Source of the DNA: Nannocystales bacterium
GTDB lineage: Bacteria > Myxococcota_A > Polyangia > Nannocystales > Nannocystaceae
Reading direction: 5' to 3'
Assembly: GCA_050633305.1 (NCBI GenBank)
Contig: JBOEGF010000023.1
Location: forward strand, 96,001-160,000
DNA length: 64,000 nt
In this document: piece by piece, positions 50,125 to 60,130 of the stretch
How positions within the stretch are numbered: position 1 is the stretch's first letter
How the letters are laid out: every line of letters begins with the position of its first letter
Notes under the pieces: generated by a model
Told to the model about the DNA's origin: nothing
What the model saw: the letters and a program-made list of their open reading frames with translations, nothing else
Database searches by the model: none
Translations under genes and position numbers: made by a program

Positions 50125-51065
50125 CTTCGAATGCACGCGACGCAGTGGTCTGGGTTGAGGACGCGGACTGCCGGGCGGCCTTCCGTACAGGTGGGGTGGG
50201 CGTCGACGCAGCGAGGCTCGAACAGGCACCCTGGCGGGAGCGCGCGGGGGTCAAGCGCGGGACCCCCGATCCCTTCGAGGCGTGTGGTTGTCGTTTCGAG
50301 CGAGGGGAACGATCGCAACAACCCTCGGGTATAGGGATGCTGAGCGGCCGTTGCGAGTTCCGAGGCGGGGGCGACCTCGACGAGTTGGCCGCCATACATG
50401 ATGCCGATTCGCTGGGCAAACTCGAGGAGCAGGGCAACGTCGTGCGTGATGAACAGGATCGCGAATCCGATCGAGGCCTGTAGGTCGAGTACCCGGGCCA
50501 AGATCTCGCGTTGCACGACGACATCGAGTGCAGTTGTGGGTTCGTCCATGACGACGAGCTTGGGCCGAAGCGCCATCGCCATCGCCAGCGCCACCCGCTG
50601 CCGCATGCCGCCCGAGAGTTCGTGTGGATAGGCCGCGAGTCGCTCGGGTCCGATGCCGACCATCTCGAGCAGCTCGCCGGCGCGGGTTCGAGCTTCTGCG
50701 GGGGTGGGCGAGCCGTGGGCGAACAACACGTCCACCAGCTGGGCCTCGAGCGAGAGCACCGGGTTGAGCACGTCCATGGCGTCTTGAAACACCATCGAGG
50801 CCGTGCGCCATCGCATCGAGCGGAGCTCCGCCGCCGAAGCTTCGAACACGTCCACGTCGTCGAGCACGACCTCGCCGCCTGAGATGATCGCCGGCGGTCG
50901 GAGGACCCGCAGGATCGCCTTTGCGGTCGTGGACTTTCCGCTCCCCGACTCCCCTGCGAGGCCGAAGATCTCGCCCTCGCCGATACGGAATGAGACTCCC
51001 TTGACGGTGTGGTTCACCCCGCCTGGCCGCACGTGGTCGACATGAAGGTTGTGAACGACAAGCAC
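50121..51065 (-). CDS. ABC transporter ATPase (OppD/DppD-type)
   Basis: GTG at 51065; GESGSGKST, YPHELSGGMRQR, MDEPTTALD, HPYT. Confidence 0.95.
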   Translation of the reverse strand: MLVVHNLHVDHVRPGGVNHTVKGVSFRIGEGEIFGLAGESGSGKSTTAKAILRVLRPPAIISGGEVVLDDVDVFEASAAELRSMRWRTASMVFQDAMDVLNPVLSLEAQLVDVLFAHGSPTPAEARTRAGELLEMVGIGPERLAAYPHELSGGMRQRVALAMAMALRPKLVVMDEPTTALDVVVQREILARVLDLQASIGFAILFITHDVALLLEFAQRIGIMYGGQLVEVAPASELATAAQHPYTRGLLRSFPSLETTTTRLEGIGGPALDPRALPPGCLFEPRCVDAHPTCTEGRPAVRVLNPDHCVACIRR

Positions 51066-51955
51066 TATCGAGCCCTCAGAACAGGCGTGATGCCCGGTAC
51101 GATCTCTGCGCCTTGCAGCCGTTTTCGCCACGCGCGCTCGACCTTCAGGACCGGGTTGGAGATTTCGTCGATGCCGAAGTTCAGCATCACCAGCGCAAAG
51201 CCGACGCCCGCGACGCAGAGCCCTGGCGGCAAGAAGACCCACCACGACCCGATCAACAATGCAGCATCGTTGGTGGCCCAATACAGCGCGGTGCCCCATG
51301 TGACCTCGCCGATGTCGCCAAGCCCCAGGAACTCCAGACCGACCTGGGCCCCAAGCGCATACACGGTCGCGCTGATGAAGCAGGAGACGAAGAGCGGCAC
51401 CATGTTTGGCAGCAGCTCGAACAGCACAATGCGCCACGCGGGCTCGCCCAAGACGACCGCCGCCTGAACGAAGTCGCGTTTCCGCAGTGACAGCGCTTGT
51501 GCCCGCAGGATTCGGGCGTTCCACGCCCAGCCGGTCACGATCAAGACCAGTGCGATGGTCATCGGCCCCGCCGGGAGATACGCGGAGAGCACCACCGCAA
51601 GGGGAAGGCCCGGAATGATGAGAAGGACGTTGAACGAAAGGCCGAGCAGGTCGTCGACCCAGCCGCCAAAGTACGCCGCGGTGGTGCCCGCGAGCGCGCC
51701 GACCACCGTCACCGAAAGCCCCACGAACACGGCGACGGTTAGCGTCACGCGCCCGCCGACCAGGGTTTGGGCGAGAACGTCTTGTCCCTGTCCGTTGGTT
51801 CCGAGCCAATGAGCCGCGCTCGGGGCCTGGTGCGGAGCGGCCACAAACGCGGCCGGGTCCTGCGCGAAGAAGGGGCCGAGCACAATCATCGCGACGAAGA
51901 AGGCCGCAAACACAGCGCCAACGGCGGCTTTGCGGTTGGAGAGCATGCCTCGCAT
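51065..51955 (-). CDS. ABC transporter permease (OppC-type)
   Basis: HWLGTNGQGQD, EAA-like loop FVQAAVVLG, FLGLG. Confidence 0.95.
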   Translation of the reverse strand: MRGMLSNRKAAVGAVFAAFFVAMIVLGPFFAQDPAAFVAAPHQAPSAAHWLGTNGQGQDVLAQTLVGGRVTLTVAVFVGLSVTVVGALAGTTAAYFGGWVDDLLGLSFNVLLIIPGLPLAVVLSAYLPAGPMTIALVLIVTGWAWNARILRAQALSLRKRDFVQAAVVLGEPAWRIVLFELLPNMVPLFVSCFISATVYALGAQVGLEFLGLGDIGEVTWGTALYWATNDAALLIGSWWVFLPPGLCVAGVGFALVMLNFGIDEISNPVLKVERAWRKRLQGAEIVPGITPVLRAR

Positions 51956-51956
51956 G

Positions 51957-52943
51957 TCAGCGGCGCTCCTCGGTTCGCGTGCGAGGGTCGAGCCAGACGT
52001 ACAAGATGTCGACGAAGAGGTTGGCGGCCAGCACCGCGAACGTGATCGTCAAGAACAACCCCTGTAGTAGCGGGAAGTCTTGGTTGCGCACCGCCTGCAC
52101 GAGCAAGTAGCCCTGACCCGGATAGGCAAAGACGATCTCGGTGAGCAGCGAGCCGCTGAGCACGAACCCGAGCGCCATCCCAAACCCGGTGATGCTTGGC
52201 AGCATGGCGTTGCGCGCGACGTAGTGGACCAACACGCGCGTTGCGGAGATGCCCTTGGCTTGAGCGAGCCGGACGTAGGACTCCCCCATCACCGAGATGA
52301 CGTTGTTGCGCATCTGCAGCAACCAGCCCCCAAGCGTGGCGATCACGATCGTGCTTGCGGGGAGAATCGCGTGTCGGATCGCGCTGACGACAAAGTCCAG
52401 ATTCCACCCTGGCGCGACTGCTTCACCGTACGCGTGTCGCAGCGGAAACGCGCCCAGACCCAAGCCCAGGCTCCACAGCGCCAGCATGGCGAGCCAGAAG
52501 TAGGGGAAGGCCCCCAACACCGCAAACGCTGGCGGAAGGATTGCCCCCCACACGCTGTCCCGTCGCCACGCGGTAAGAAGGCCAAGCACGCTGCCGACCG
52601 TGAAGCTGACCACGACCGCGGTGCCGGCAAGGACGACGGTCCAGGCGAGACCGGTCCCGAGGACCGAGGACACGGGCGTGGGGAAGTATGAGACCGAGAT
52701 GCCCAAGTCGCCCCGCAGCAGATGCGAGAGGTACGAGAGGTATTGCTGCCAAAGGGGCGCGTCGGTGAACCCGAATGCTTCCTTGAGGGCCTCCACCGCC
52801 TCGGGTTGCAGCTCTCCCTGGAAACGCGCGACAAGGGCTGTCGCGGGGTCTCCCGGCATCATGCGCGGGATCAGGAAATTCAGGGTCAGCGCGACCCAGG
52901 CGGCCACGCCATAGAAAAACAAGCGTCGGAGAATGAAGCGCAT
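51957..52943 (-). CDS. ABC transporter permease (OppB-type)
   Basis: PRMMPGDP, GDLGIS, YVRLAQAKG, EIVFAYPG, DILYVWLDPR. Confidence 0.95.
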   Translation of the reverse strand: MRFILRRLFFYGVAAWVALTLNFLIPRMMPGDPATALVARFQGELQPEAVEALKEAFGFTDAPLWQQYLSYLSHLLRGDLGISVSYFPTPVSSVLGTGLAWTVVLAGTAVVVSFTVGSVLGLLTAWRRDSVWGAILPPAFAVLGAFPYFWLAMLALWSLGLGLGAFPLRHAYGEAVAPGWNLDFVVSAIRHAILPASTIVIATLGGWLLQMRNNVISVMGESYVRLAQAKGISATRVLVHYVARNAMLPSITGFGMALGFVLSGSLLTEIVFAYPGQGYLLVQAVRNQDFPLLQGLFLTITFAVLAANLFVDILYVWLDPRTRTEERR

Positions 52944-52946
52944 CGT

Positions 52947-54596
52947 TCAACGTGGCTTCAGCTCGGTGAGCACGAGCAGGGTTTCAGGGGTGTCGTTGGG
53001 AGAGAGCTTGGCGTAGGGATTGTCCGCGGTCGGAAAGCCGGTGAACCGGGCGTTGTTGAACGAGCCCCAGGACGGCCCAAGAAACAGAGGAATGACCGGC
53101 GCGGCCTCGACGAAGGACGCTTCGAGAGCGTGCGTGAGCCGCTCGACGTCGGCCGGGTCGAGCGCGGCCTCGAGCTCTTGCAACGTCCGGTCGGTTTGCG
53201 GGGACGAGAACCGGTGCCAGTTGCTTGCCGCGGGCTGACCAAGCGGAAGCTTCTGCGCGGAGCTCAGAAGGTTTCGGTAGAAGATGTAGGGCGAGGGGCC
53301 CTGGATCGACCACGCGATGCAGAGGTCGAACTCGCCCCGCTGGAGGCGGTCGAACCAGGCGGAGAAGTCGTAGGTCTTGACCGAGACCTGCACGCCGATC
53401 GTCTGAAGCTGCCTCGAGATGATCTGGGCCGCTCGAACCCAGTCCGACCAGCCGTTGACGACGTTGAGTTCCAGCTCCAACAGCTCGCCGTACGGGTCGC
53501 GAACGCGTCCTTCATCATCGCGGTGGTAACCGGCGGCCTCGAGTTCTCTTGTCGCGCGCGAGGGGTCGTACGTGACCCAGTCGCCCTGTTCGACCGCACC
53601 CGGGTCACGCAGTTGCGCGTACGCATCGCTCAACCCCGTGGCGTCAGCCGCCCGTGTGTAGTCGAACATCGCCACTTCGGCGAGCACGCTTCGATCGATC
53701 GCTCGGCTCAGTGCCTTGCGGACGGCGGCGTCCTTGAGTGCCGGGTGGGTGTTGTTGGGGTAGAGCATGACCGTGTTGCCCACGAGGGGGAACCAGTAGC
53801 GGTGGTGGGCCGGGTCGCGCTCGACGAACACGCGGTCGATCGCAGGCACGAAGTTCCCCGCCCAGTCGACTTCGCCACGAAGCAGACCCAGCGTCGCCTG
53901 GTCGTTGGAGGGCAGCGCCGGGAACCGCAGTGCCCGAACGGCCGGCTTACCCGGCTGCCAGTAGTGGGGGTTGCGACCCAGCACGTACAGCTGGTCGCGA
54001 AACGTTTCGACTTCGGTGAACGGTCCGGTCGCGACCGGGTTGGGGTTGGCGAAGGTGACGGGATCCTCGATGTCCCGCCACACATGTGCGGGCACGATCG
54101 GCTGATGAGCGATGTAGCCCAGCCCGGGCACGAATGGCTTCGAGAACCGAAACTCCACCTGCAAGGGCCCGCCAGCCTCGACGGTTTCGAGGAAGCTCGC
54201 GGTGTTGTTTAGATCGAGTGCCGGGTTCTCTCGCAACAAGGCGAAGGTCTGCACCACATCGTCGGCGGAAAACGGCTCCCCGTCCGACCAGCGAACCCCC
54301 GGCCGGAGCTCGAAGTGAAGGGTCTTGCCTGCATTCGACCACGCGTACGAGCGTGCGAGCCAAGGTACGTATGCTGACTTCAGAGTGTTGAAGACCAGCA
54401 GCGGCTCGTACACCCCGCCTCGGGTCGGCCACCGGGCGAGATCTTCGGCCACCAGGGGGTTGAAGTTCCGTACCCACGACGCTTGCTGCTCCTTGGACAC
54501 GGTGAGCACCCCGGACTCCACCGGGGAGACCGGGTCCGTGCACCCGCCTGCACCGAGCAGGAGACCGAGCAGGCTTCGCCGAAAGAAACGTCCCAA
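52947..54596 (-). CDS. Family-5 ABC substrate-binding lipoprotein, probably cello-oligosaccharide-binding
   Basis: Lipobox GAGGC, RNFNP, YEPL, WSDGEPFSADDV, TGPF, GWSDW. Substrate inferred from the GH1/GH9 context. Confidence 0.9.
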   Translation of the reverse strand: MGRFFRRSLLGLLLGAGGCTDPVSPVESGVLTVSKEQQASWVRNFNPLVAEDLARWPTRGGVYEPLLVFNTLKSAYVPWLARSYAWSNAGKTLHFELRPGVRWSDGEPFSADDVVQTFALLRENPALDLNNTASFLETVEAGGPLQVEFRFSKPFVPGLGYIAHQPIVPAHVWRDIEDPVTFANPNPVATGPFTEVETFRDQLYVLGRNPHYWQPGKPAVRALRFPALPSNDQATLGLLRGEVDWAGNFVPAIDRVFVERDPAHHRYWFPLVGNTVMLYPNNTHPALKDAAVRKALSRAIDRSVLAEVAMFDYTRAADATGLSDAYAQLRDPGAVEQGDWVTYDPSRATRELEAAGYHRDDEGRVRDPYGELLELELNVVNGWSDWVRAAQIISRQLQTIGVQVSVKTYDFSAWFDRLQRGEFDLCIAWSIQGPSPYIFYRNLLSSAQKLPLGQPAASNWHRFSSPQTDRTLQELEAALDPADVERLTHALEASFVEAAPVIPLFLGPSWGSFNNARFTGFPTADNPYAKLSPNDTPETLLVLTELKPR

Positions 54597-54705
54597 CGCC
54601 CTTCAGGGCAGAGCAAGAAGCGTGCTCACCTGAAGGCCAACGGTTCCGTGACCAGCCCGCGGAACCGTTCGATCCGCCCGGAAGGCGCGGTTCCGCGGCC
54701 GACGG

Positions 54706-54794
54706 TGTGCGACGTCGTCACACAATGTCACCGTCGCCGCGGTTCACTGAAAAAAGTCTCATCGGTCCGGCGTGTCCTGTGCCACTGCGCCACA
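54706..54794. promoter_or_regulatory. Two TGTG-N9-CACA palindromes and a sigma54-like element toward the ABC operon
   Basis: Palindromes at 54706-54722 and 54778-54794; minus strand TGGCACAGGACACGC (54770-54784) has GG-N10-GC spacing. Confidence 0.45.
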
Positions 54795-54831
54795 CAGACG
54801 GCTCCCACGTCTGTGACCCTGTTGTCGCAAG

Positions 54832-55950
54832 GTGGGGACCGTCGTGGAGGAGAACGTGCAGCAGACCACCGGCCAGAGCTTCATCTCGGATTCAGGGCCC
54901 GCTCCTTTCGACGAGGCCCCCTCCCCACGACTCGAGGAAGGGTTGGGGCGGGTGATCGGAGCATCCCCCGAGATTCGCCGGATCTATCCGCTGTGCAAGC
55001 GATTGGCGGAGTCGAATCTACCGGTCGTGATCTCGGGGGAGACCGGGACTGGCAAGGAGCTGCTGGCCGAGTCGCTCCACGAGCTCAGCCCCCGTGCCAG
55101 TCGGCCGTTCGTGGTCCTGGACTGCACGGCGATCCCCAAGAACCTCGTCGAGTCGGCGTTGTTTGGACACGAGAAAGGAGCCTTCACGGGCGCGACCCAG
55201 GCTCGCCGAGGCGTTTTCGAGGAAGCCCACGGCGGCACCTTGCTTCTCGACGAGATCGGGGACCTCGAGTTCGATCTCCAGGCCAAGCTGTTGCGCGCGC
55301 TCGAACGCAACGAGATCAAGCGCGTCGGTTCGACGCGACGCGTCCACGTGGACGTGCGGATCATGGCCGCAACGCGTCGCGACCTCGCCGAGATGGTCCG
55401 CGAAGGACGCTTTCGAGATGACCTGTACTTTCGACTCGCAGTCACGCAGGTCGAGCTCCCCCCGCTGCGGCAGCGAACGGGCGATGTGCGCCGCTTGGCG
55501 TCCACGTTCTGGCAGCGGCTTCAGCCGAACACGCCGATGCCCGACACCCTGCTGCCCCGCCTCGAGGCCCGTAGCTGGCCCGGCAACGTCCGTGAGCTGC
55601 AGAATACGGTCGCTCGCTGTGCCGCCTTGGGAGAACTTGCGTGGACGAGAGGGACCGGGGCTCAGGAACACCTGGCACATGCGCCCGCGCCCGCGCCCGC
55701 ACGAGCTCCAGCCGCCGCCGCTCCCGAAGCAGGCTTGGAAGCGAACATGCGGGACTGCTTCGAGGAGATTCTCGGGCGGGGCCTTCCACTGCCCGAAGCA
55801 CGCAAGGAGCTGGTCCGGCAGTTCGAGCGCAGCTATGTCGAGCGCGCGCTCTCGGAGAGTTCGGGGTGCGTGTCGAAGGCCGCCGAGGCGTCCGGAGTGG
55901 GCCCGCGCTACTTCCGGATGATCCGGGCGCGCTCGCGCAAGTCCAGCTGA
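54832..55950 (+). CDS. Sigma54-dependent enhancer-binding protein lacking an N-terminal sensor domain
   Basis: GETGTGKE, ESALFGHEKGAFTGA, LLDEIG, FRDDLYFRL, WPGNVRELQN, C-terminal HTH. In-frame TGA at 54814. Confidence 0.93.
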   Translation: MGTVVEENVQQTTGQSFISDSGPAPFDEAPSPRLEEGLGRVIGASPEIRRIYPLCKRLAESNLPVVISGETGTGKELLAESLHELSPRASRPFVVLDCTAIPKNLVESALFGHEKGAFTGATQARRGVFEEAHGGTLLLDEIGDLEFDLQAKLLRALERNEIKRVGSTRRVHVDVRIMAATRRDLAEMVREGRFRDDLYFRLAVTQVELPPLRQRTGDVRRLASTFWQRLQPNTPMPDTLLPRLEARSWPGNVRELQNTVARCAALGELAWTRGTGAQEHLAHAPAPAPARAPAAAAPEAGLEANMRDCFEEILGRGLPLPEARKELVRQFERSYVERALSESSGCVSKAAEASGVGPRYFRMIRARSRKSS

Positions 55951-56003
55951 CCGCCCCAACCGCTCGGGCCGGTCGTGCAGCCCACGCGGACCGAGGCGAG
56001 CGT

Positions 56004-57788
56004 TCACCACCAGAACGTCGCGCGGATCATGAACACGTCTTGATCCGGGATTCGGGTCGGCGCGCCGCGATTGCCGGAGTCCTGGTTTCCCGTCGTCGTG
56101 CCGAAGCCATCCGGGGGAACGGCTGCCGAGGGCGGCTGAACGCACAGTTCTGCATCCCCGCCCATGTCGCAGTTGCGCACGTTGTACATGTAGCGCGAGT
56201 ATTGAAGCGAGATCTCCTCTCGGGACAGCCACGCGGTTCGGAAGACCATCCGCGGAGACACCACGGCAAAGGACTGTTCGGGAACGCGCGAGTTGGGCTG
56301 CACGCGATCGTAGCGAGCCCCGACCCCAAACCAAGACAGCGCGCTGAAGAGACCGTTGATGCCGTACTTCATCTTCAGCACGCCATCGACATCCGGGTCA
56401 TCGCTCGCGACCTTGTTGAACATGCCGTAGAGCTTCAGCGAAAAGTCCATGCCCTGGCCGTAGAACGAGTCGCCCTCGAGAACGCGACGAACACTCTGCT
56501 CGTACTGCGCCATCACCGAGTAGATCTCGCCATTGCCGTTGCTCGCTCGCTGCGGGCTGTTGAGGTAGTTGTCCACGATCCCGAAGGTGAACTGCCCGCC
56601 TCCCCGGGAGTGAATGACCTCGATCGCGGGGCCGACGACGCCAGCGGAGACGGCCTTGATGTACGAGAACCCGGCGTAGAGGTAGCCGATCTTTCCCCAG
56701 TCCACGCGAAGGTCCGGCCCCACGACGGTCATCGTTCCGTCGGGCGCATCGACATTCTGTTCGCCGTCTCTATCCTCCTCGCGTGCAAGCGCCTGGAGGT
56801 AGTGCGTCCCCACCTCGATGTTGTCCCGGTACGACAACCCAACATGTCCGTGGTGAAGGAACGTGAATCGGGCGGTGTTGAAGATTCGGGGGTCGGGACG
56901 GCTGGTGCCGATCCCGTGCTCGAAGCTGAGGGTGAAGTCTTTGAGAAGGAACTCGACCTCCCCGGCTTCCCCAATCGCGTGGGTCCGGCCGAACAGATAG
57001 GTGTCGAGCTCTCCTGCGTCGTACCGCCCGGCAGATCCGTATCGGTTGTCGAACGAGCCGATCTTCCACATGAGCCGGACGTTCTTCGCCTTGAGGTTCG
57101 GCGTGAGCGTGACGAACCCCTGGGCGATACCGAACTGAGCGTTGTCTTCCTTCCACGCCGCGTCGGTGAAGTTGAAGCCCTGCAGCGAAACCGTGCCGGT
57201 CGCCACGCTGTTGCCATAGCTGAAGTACAGCTCGGACCAATCTCGCGGGTTGTGCTGCGTGTACTGGTAGCTCAGGTATTGGTCGTCGGGGATGACAGGG
57301 TAGTGCAGCGTTCGCTCGCTTTGCCCCTCAGCCGGCTCGTCGCGCTGACCGACCCCCAGCCGCATGGGCGCACGAATGTAGCCGTGAAAGTCGAAGCCCC
57401 AGTCTCCACCTTGGTCTTGGTCGTCTCCCCCCCCACGCGAGCTCAGGTTGCGACGCTGAACGCGTCCTCGTCCTTTCTTTCGTTCCCGGCTCGGAAACGC
57501 GTTGGGACGGGAGGTCGGTACCGGCGTCCCGGCGGTGTTCGACATCTCCACGGTGGGGAGCGCCGCGCGGTTGTCGACCACGGGCTCGGAGGTCTCGGAC
57601 GGTTCGTCGGGGGCCTCGCCGGTGGGGTCCGCTGGGGCGTTCACTTCCGCCGTCGCGTCCTCGGTCGCCACCGGGGTCTCAGCGGCAGTCTCGGTGTCGG
57701 CAGCGGCCTCCACCTCTGGCGATGCGGGAGCTTCCTCCGGCGCAGGCTCGACGAGCGAGAGAAGCATCGGCAACAGTGCAACGTTCAT
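56004..57788 (-). CDS. Putative LamB/maltoporin-like carbohydrate porin
   Basis: After a disordered N-terminus, FDFHGYIR (LamB begins VDFHGYAR); aromatic-rich strands; ends ATFWW (LamB ends EIWW). Confidence 0.7.
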   Translation of the reverse strand: MNVALLPMLLSLVEPAPEEAPASPEVEAAADTETAAETPVATEDATAEVNAPADPTGEAPDEPSETSEPVVDNRAALPTVEMSNTAGTPVPTSRPNAFPSRERKKGRGRVQRRNLSSRGGGDDQDQGGDWGFDFHGYIRAPMRLGVGQRDEPAEGQSERTLHYPVIPDDQYLSYQYTQHNPRDWSELYFSYGNSVATGTVSLQGFNFTDAAWKEDNAQFGIAQGFVTLTPNLKAKNVRLMWKIGSFDNRYGSAGRYDAGELDTYLFGRTHAIGEAGEVEFLLKDFTLSFEHGIGTSRPDPRIFNTARFTFLHHGHVGLSYRDNIEVGTHYLQALAREEDRDGEQNVDAPDGTMTVVGPDLRVDWGKIGYLYAGFSYIKAVSAGVVGPAIEVIHSRGGGQFTFGIVDNYLNSPQRASNGNGEIYSVMAQYEQSVRRVLEGDSFYGQGMDFSLKLYGMFNKVASDDPDVDGVLKMKYGINGLFSALSWFGVGARYDRVQPNSRVPEQSFAVVSPRMVFRTAWLSREEISLQYSRYMYNVRNCDMGGDAELCVQPPSAAVPPDGFGTTTGNQDSGNRGAPTRIPDQDVFMIRATFWW

Positions 57789-60130
57789 GGATTGGCTCCG
57801 CTCGTTTCATCGAGGAACGCAAGGACCCAGACCAAGGGAGCGTTCCAGTTGATCGCGATCTCGTTGGTGGACCAGGACTCGATGTGGTCCACGAAGCACC
57901 GCTGCGCCGGACACCCTCCAAGTCCCGCCGACTTCGCATAGGGGTCCTGAATCGCGGAGTTCGGACCGCCCGAGACGATCCCCGGCGGCGGCCCCGGATA
58001 GTCTGGGTCTTTCTGTTTGGCCCAGAATCGGTGGTGTGGGTTTTCCAGGGGGTTTGCGCCGTACCCGGTCACGTACGACTGCCACACCGGGTTGCGACCG
58101 AGGATGTAGTTCATGGCCTCGGCGGTCGCGTCGAGCAGGGCGTCGTCCTTGGAAAACGCGTAGCCCAGGCCCAACACCACCGCGTTGTTGAGCACGAGTG
58201 AGTTGGAACCCCAGGGGTAGTTTCCGGCGCCATCGGGGGCAAGCGGCACGCGATACCCCTCGCGCTCGACCTGCTTGGCGATCGACCGCGCGACTGCCAC
58301 GACAGCCTCGCGTGCTGCCTTTGCGTCCGCTGGTGCTCGCCTAGCGCCGGCCGTCGCGAGCGAGAGTGTCCCCAAGGATCCAACGAGCTGCCAGTTCATG
58401 GGCGCCGCGTGTCCCCCCTGTGCCCGCGTGGGTCCCAGCACCACGCCAAAGTGCTCGCCCTGTGCGTCCTTGCGGTACTGCGCGTCTCCGGTCGAAAGGT
58501 ACAGCTCGATTGCTGCCCAATAAAACTCGTCGGAAACTCGGCTGTCTTCGTACGGCCCGCCGCCCACGTTGTCGTCGCCAGAGGCGTGGAGGTCGGGAGT
58601 CGTCTTTGCCGCAGCATAGGCGCGCTTCGAGGCGGTCAAGCATCGACGGGCGAACGTGGGGTCGATCGTTTCGTACACCCGCGCGGCTTGGGCAGTCACC
58701 GCTGCGAGATTCAGCGTTGCGGCGGTACTCGGCCGGTGGAGGAAGCGTTTGTCCGTAGCGTCGGGCGGGGACAACGGCAGGCCCGCCCAAGCCTCCTCGT
58801 GCACCTTGTGAAACGCCATGCCGGCCCACTTGGGGTGTCCCGCGGGCACCTGCATCCTCAGCAGGAATTCGAGCTCCCAGCGGACCTCGTCCAGCAGGTC
58901 GTTGGTGCCGTTGCCCGACTCGGGGATGTTCGCCGTTCCGTCGGCGAACGCGTTCGCTCCGGCGCCCACTTCGGTCATGCGCTCGTAGGCGTTGAGCAAC
59001 GTCCACACCGCGATTCCGGCGTTGACGACGTACTTCCCGTGATCGCCGGCGTCGTACCAGCCGCCAGAGACGTCAAACGTTCCCGTGCAGTCCAAGGCGG
59101 GTTGGCAGGAAACACTCCGGTCACTTTGATGCCCAGCGCCACGAGCCCACCGGGCCTCGCCGGCAAACGGCATCGCGATCTCGGTGCCGCTGCGGTTGTG
59201 AAAGAAGAAACGCAGCGCGTCGAGCTTCATCGAGCGGTAGAGGTGCCCTTGGATCGCGAACGCATCGCTCTGCTCCTCACCTACCCGCACGACGTAGCCC
59301 TCGCCCGTCGTTTTCACCGAGCTGAAGTCGACCCAGTGGACATGCTCTCCCGACCCCACATCGGGCCCAAAAACGGTCGTCATGCCTGTCGCCACCTCGA
59401 CGCCCTCGGCATCCAACAGAGCCCAAGCGACCGGTATCTGGCCGGGGTCACGCAACGTCGCGAACTTGGGGCGCGATGGCAGGTAACCCACCTGGTTCAC
59501 GCGAATCGGGGGGGCACGCAAGTGGTCGGGCGGTGGAGGCGGCGTGTATTCGGGGTCCGAGAGCGCCACGTCATCGAAGCAAACGCGCGTGGGCACCTTT
59601 GCCGCGAGTGGCCCGCCCATCAGGAAGCTCAGCTCTGCGGCATCGTCCTCACCCCGCATGATGAAATGCCCCACAAATCGCTGCGGCTCGGTGCCGACCT
59701 CGACCTGGCTGGCCCAATACTCGTCGTACGGCGGGCCCACCTGCGCGACCTTGGGCCACAGCTGAGTGGGTGGTGTTGCGCTCGCGCTGAACTCGACACG
59801 GTACGCGTGTCCGGCGGTCAGCGTGAGGGCACGATGACGGACTTGCGCATCCCAGGCGGTTTCTCCCCCCGCGTCCAAGGCGACACACAGCGCCCCGTCA
59901 TCAAGCTCAGCCCGACCGCTGGCAAGCTCGACCATCGACGCTTTCCAGGGCGCGAGCGTTCCATCTTCGAACGCACCGTTGCGGATGAGGTTGTGGTCGC
60001 CGTCGATGATCGGAGCCGGCCCGTCATCGTGAACGGTCGCCACCGAGGCAGAGCCCGGCGCGTTGGAAGCATCCGCCGCACCGCAACCGGCAACGAGTGC
60101 GAGGAGAAGGGCTGGGTTGAAGGTCTTCAC
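57785..60130 (-). CDS. CBM4-Ig-GH9 cellulase lipoprotein
   Basis: Lipobox LVAGC, NLIRNGAFE (CBM4), IRVNQVGY (Ig), GGWYDAGDHGKY, NPHHR, FVD...STNEIAINWNA. Confidence 0.95.
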   Translation of the reverse strand: MKTFNPALLLALVAGCGAADASNAPGSASVATVHDDGPAPIIDGDHNLIRNGAFEDGTLAPWKASMVELASGRAELDDGALCVALDAGGETAWDAQVRHRALTLTAGHAYRVEFSASATPPTQLWPKVAQVGPPYDEYWASQVEVGTEPQRFVGHFIMRGEDDAAELSFLMGGPLAAKVPTRVCFDDVALSDPEYTPPPPPDHLRAPPIRVNQVGYLPSRPKFATLRDPGQIPVAWALLDAEGVEVATGMTTVFGPDVGSGEHVHWVDFSSVKTTGEGYVVRVGEEQSDAFAIQGHLYRSMKLDALRFFFHNRSGTEIAMPFAGEARWARGAGHQSDRSVSCQPALDCTGTFDVSGGWYDAGDHGKYVVNAGIAVWTLLNAYERMTEVGAGANAFADGTANIPESGNGTNDLLDEVRWELEFLLRMQVPAGHPKWAGMAFHKVHEEAWAGLPLSPPDATDKRFLHRPSTAATLNLAAVTAQAARVYETIDPTFARRCLTASKRAYAAAKTTPDLHASGDDNVGGGPYEDSRVSDEFYWAAIELYLSTGDAQYRKDAQGEHFGVVLGPTRAQGGHAAPMNWQLVGSLGTLSLATAGARRAPADAKAAREAVVAVARSIAKQVEREGYRVPLAPDGAGNYPWGSNSLVLNNAVVLGLGYAFSKDDALLDATAEAMNYILGRNPVWQSYVTGYGANPLENPHHRFWAKQKDPDYPGPPPGIVSGGPNSAIQDPYAKSAGLGGCPAQRCFVDHIESWSTNEIAINWNAPLVWVLAFLDETSGANP

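Noticed and set aside
47768..50524. Apparent 918-aa GH1 fusion protein
   Set aside because: The N-terminal half overlaps the ABC ATPase genes in another frame; the real start is ATG 49129 with an ATGA overlap.
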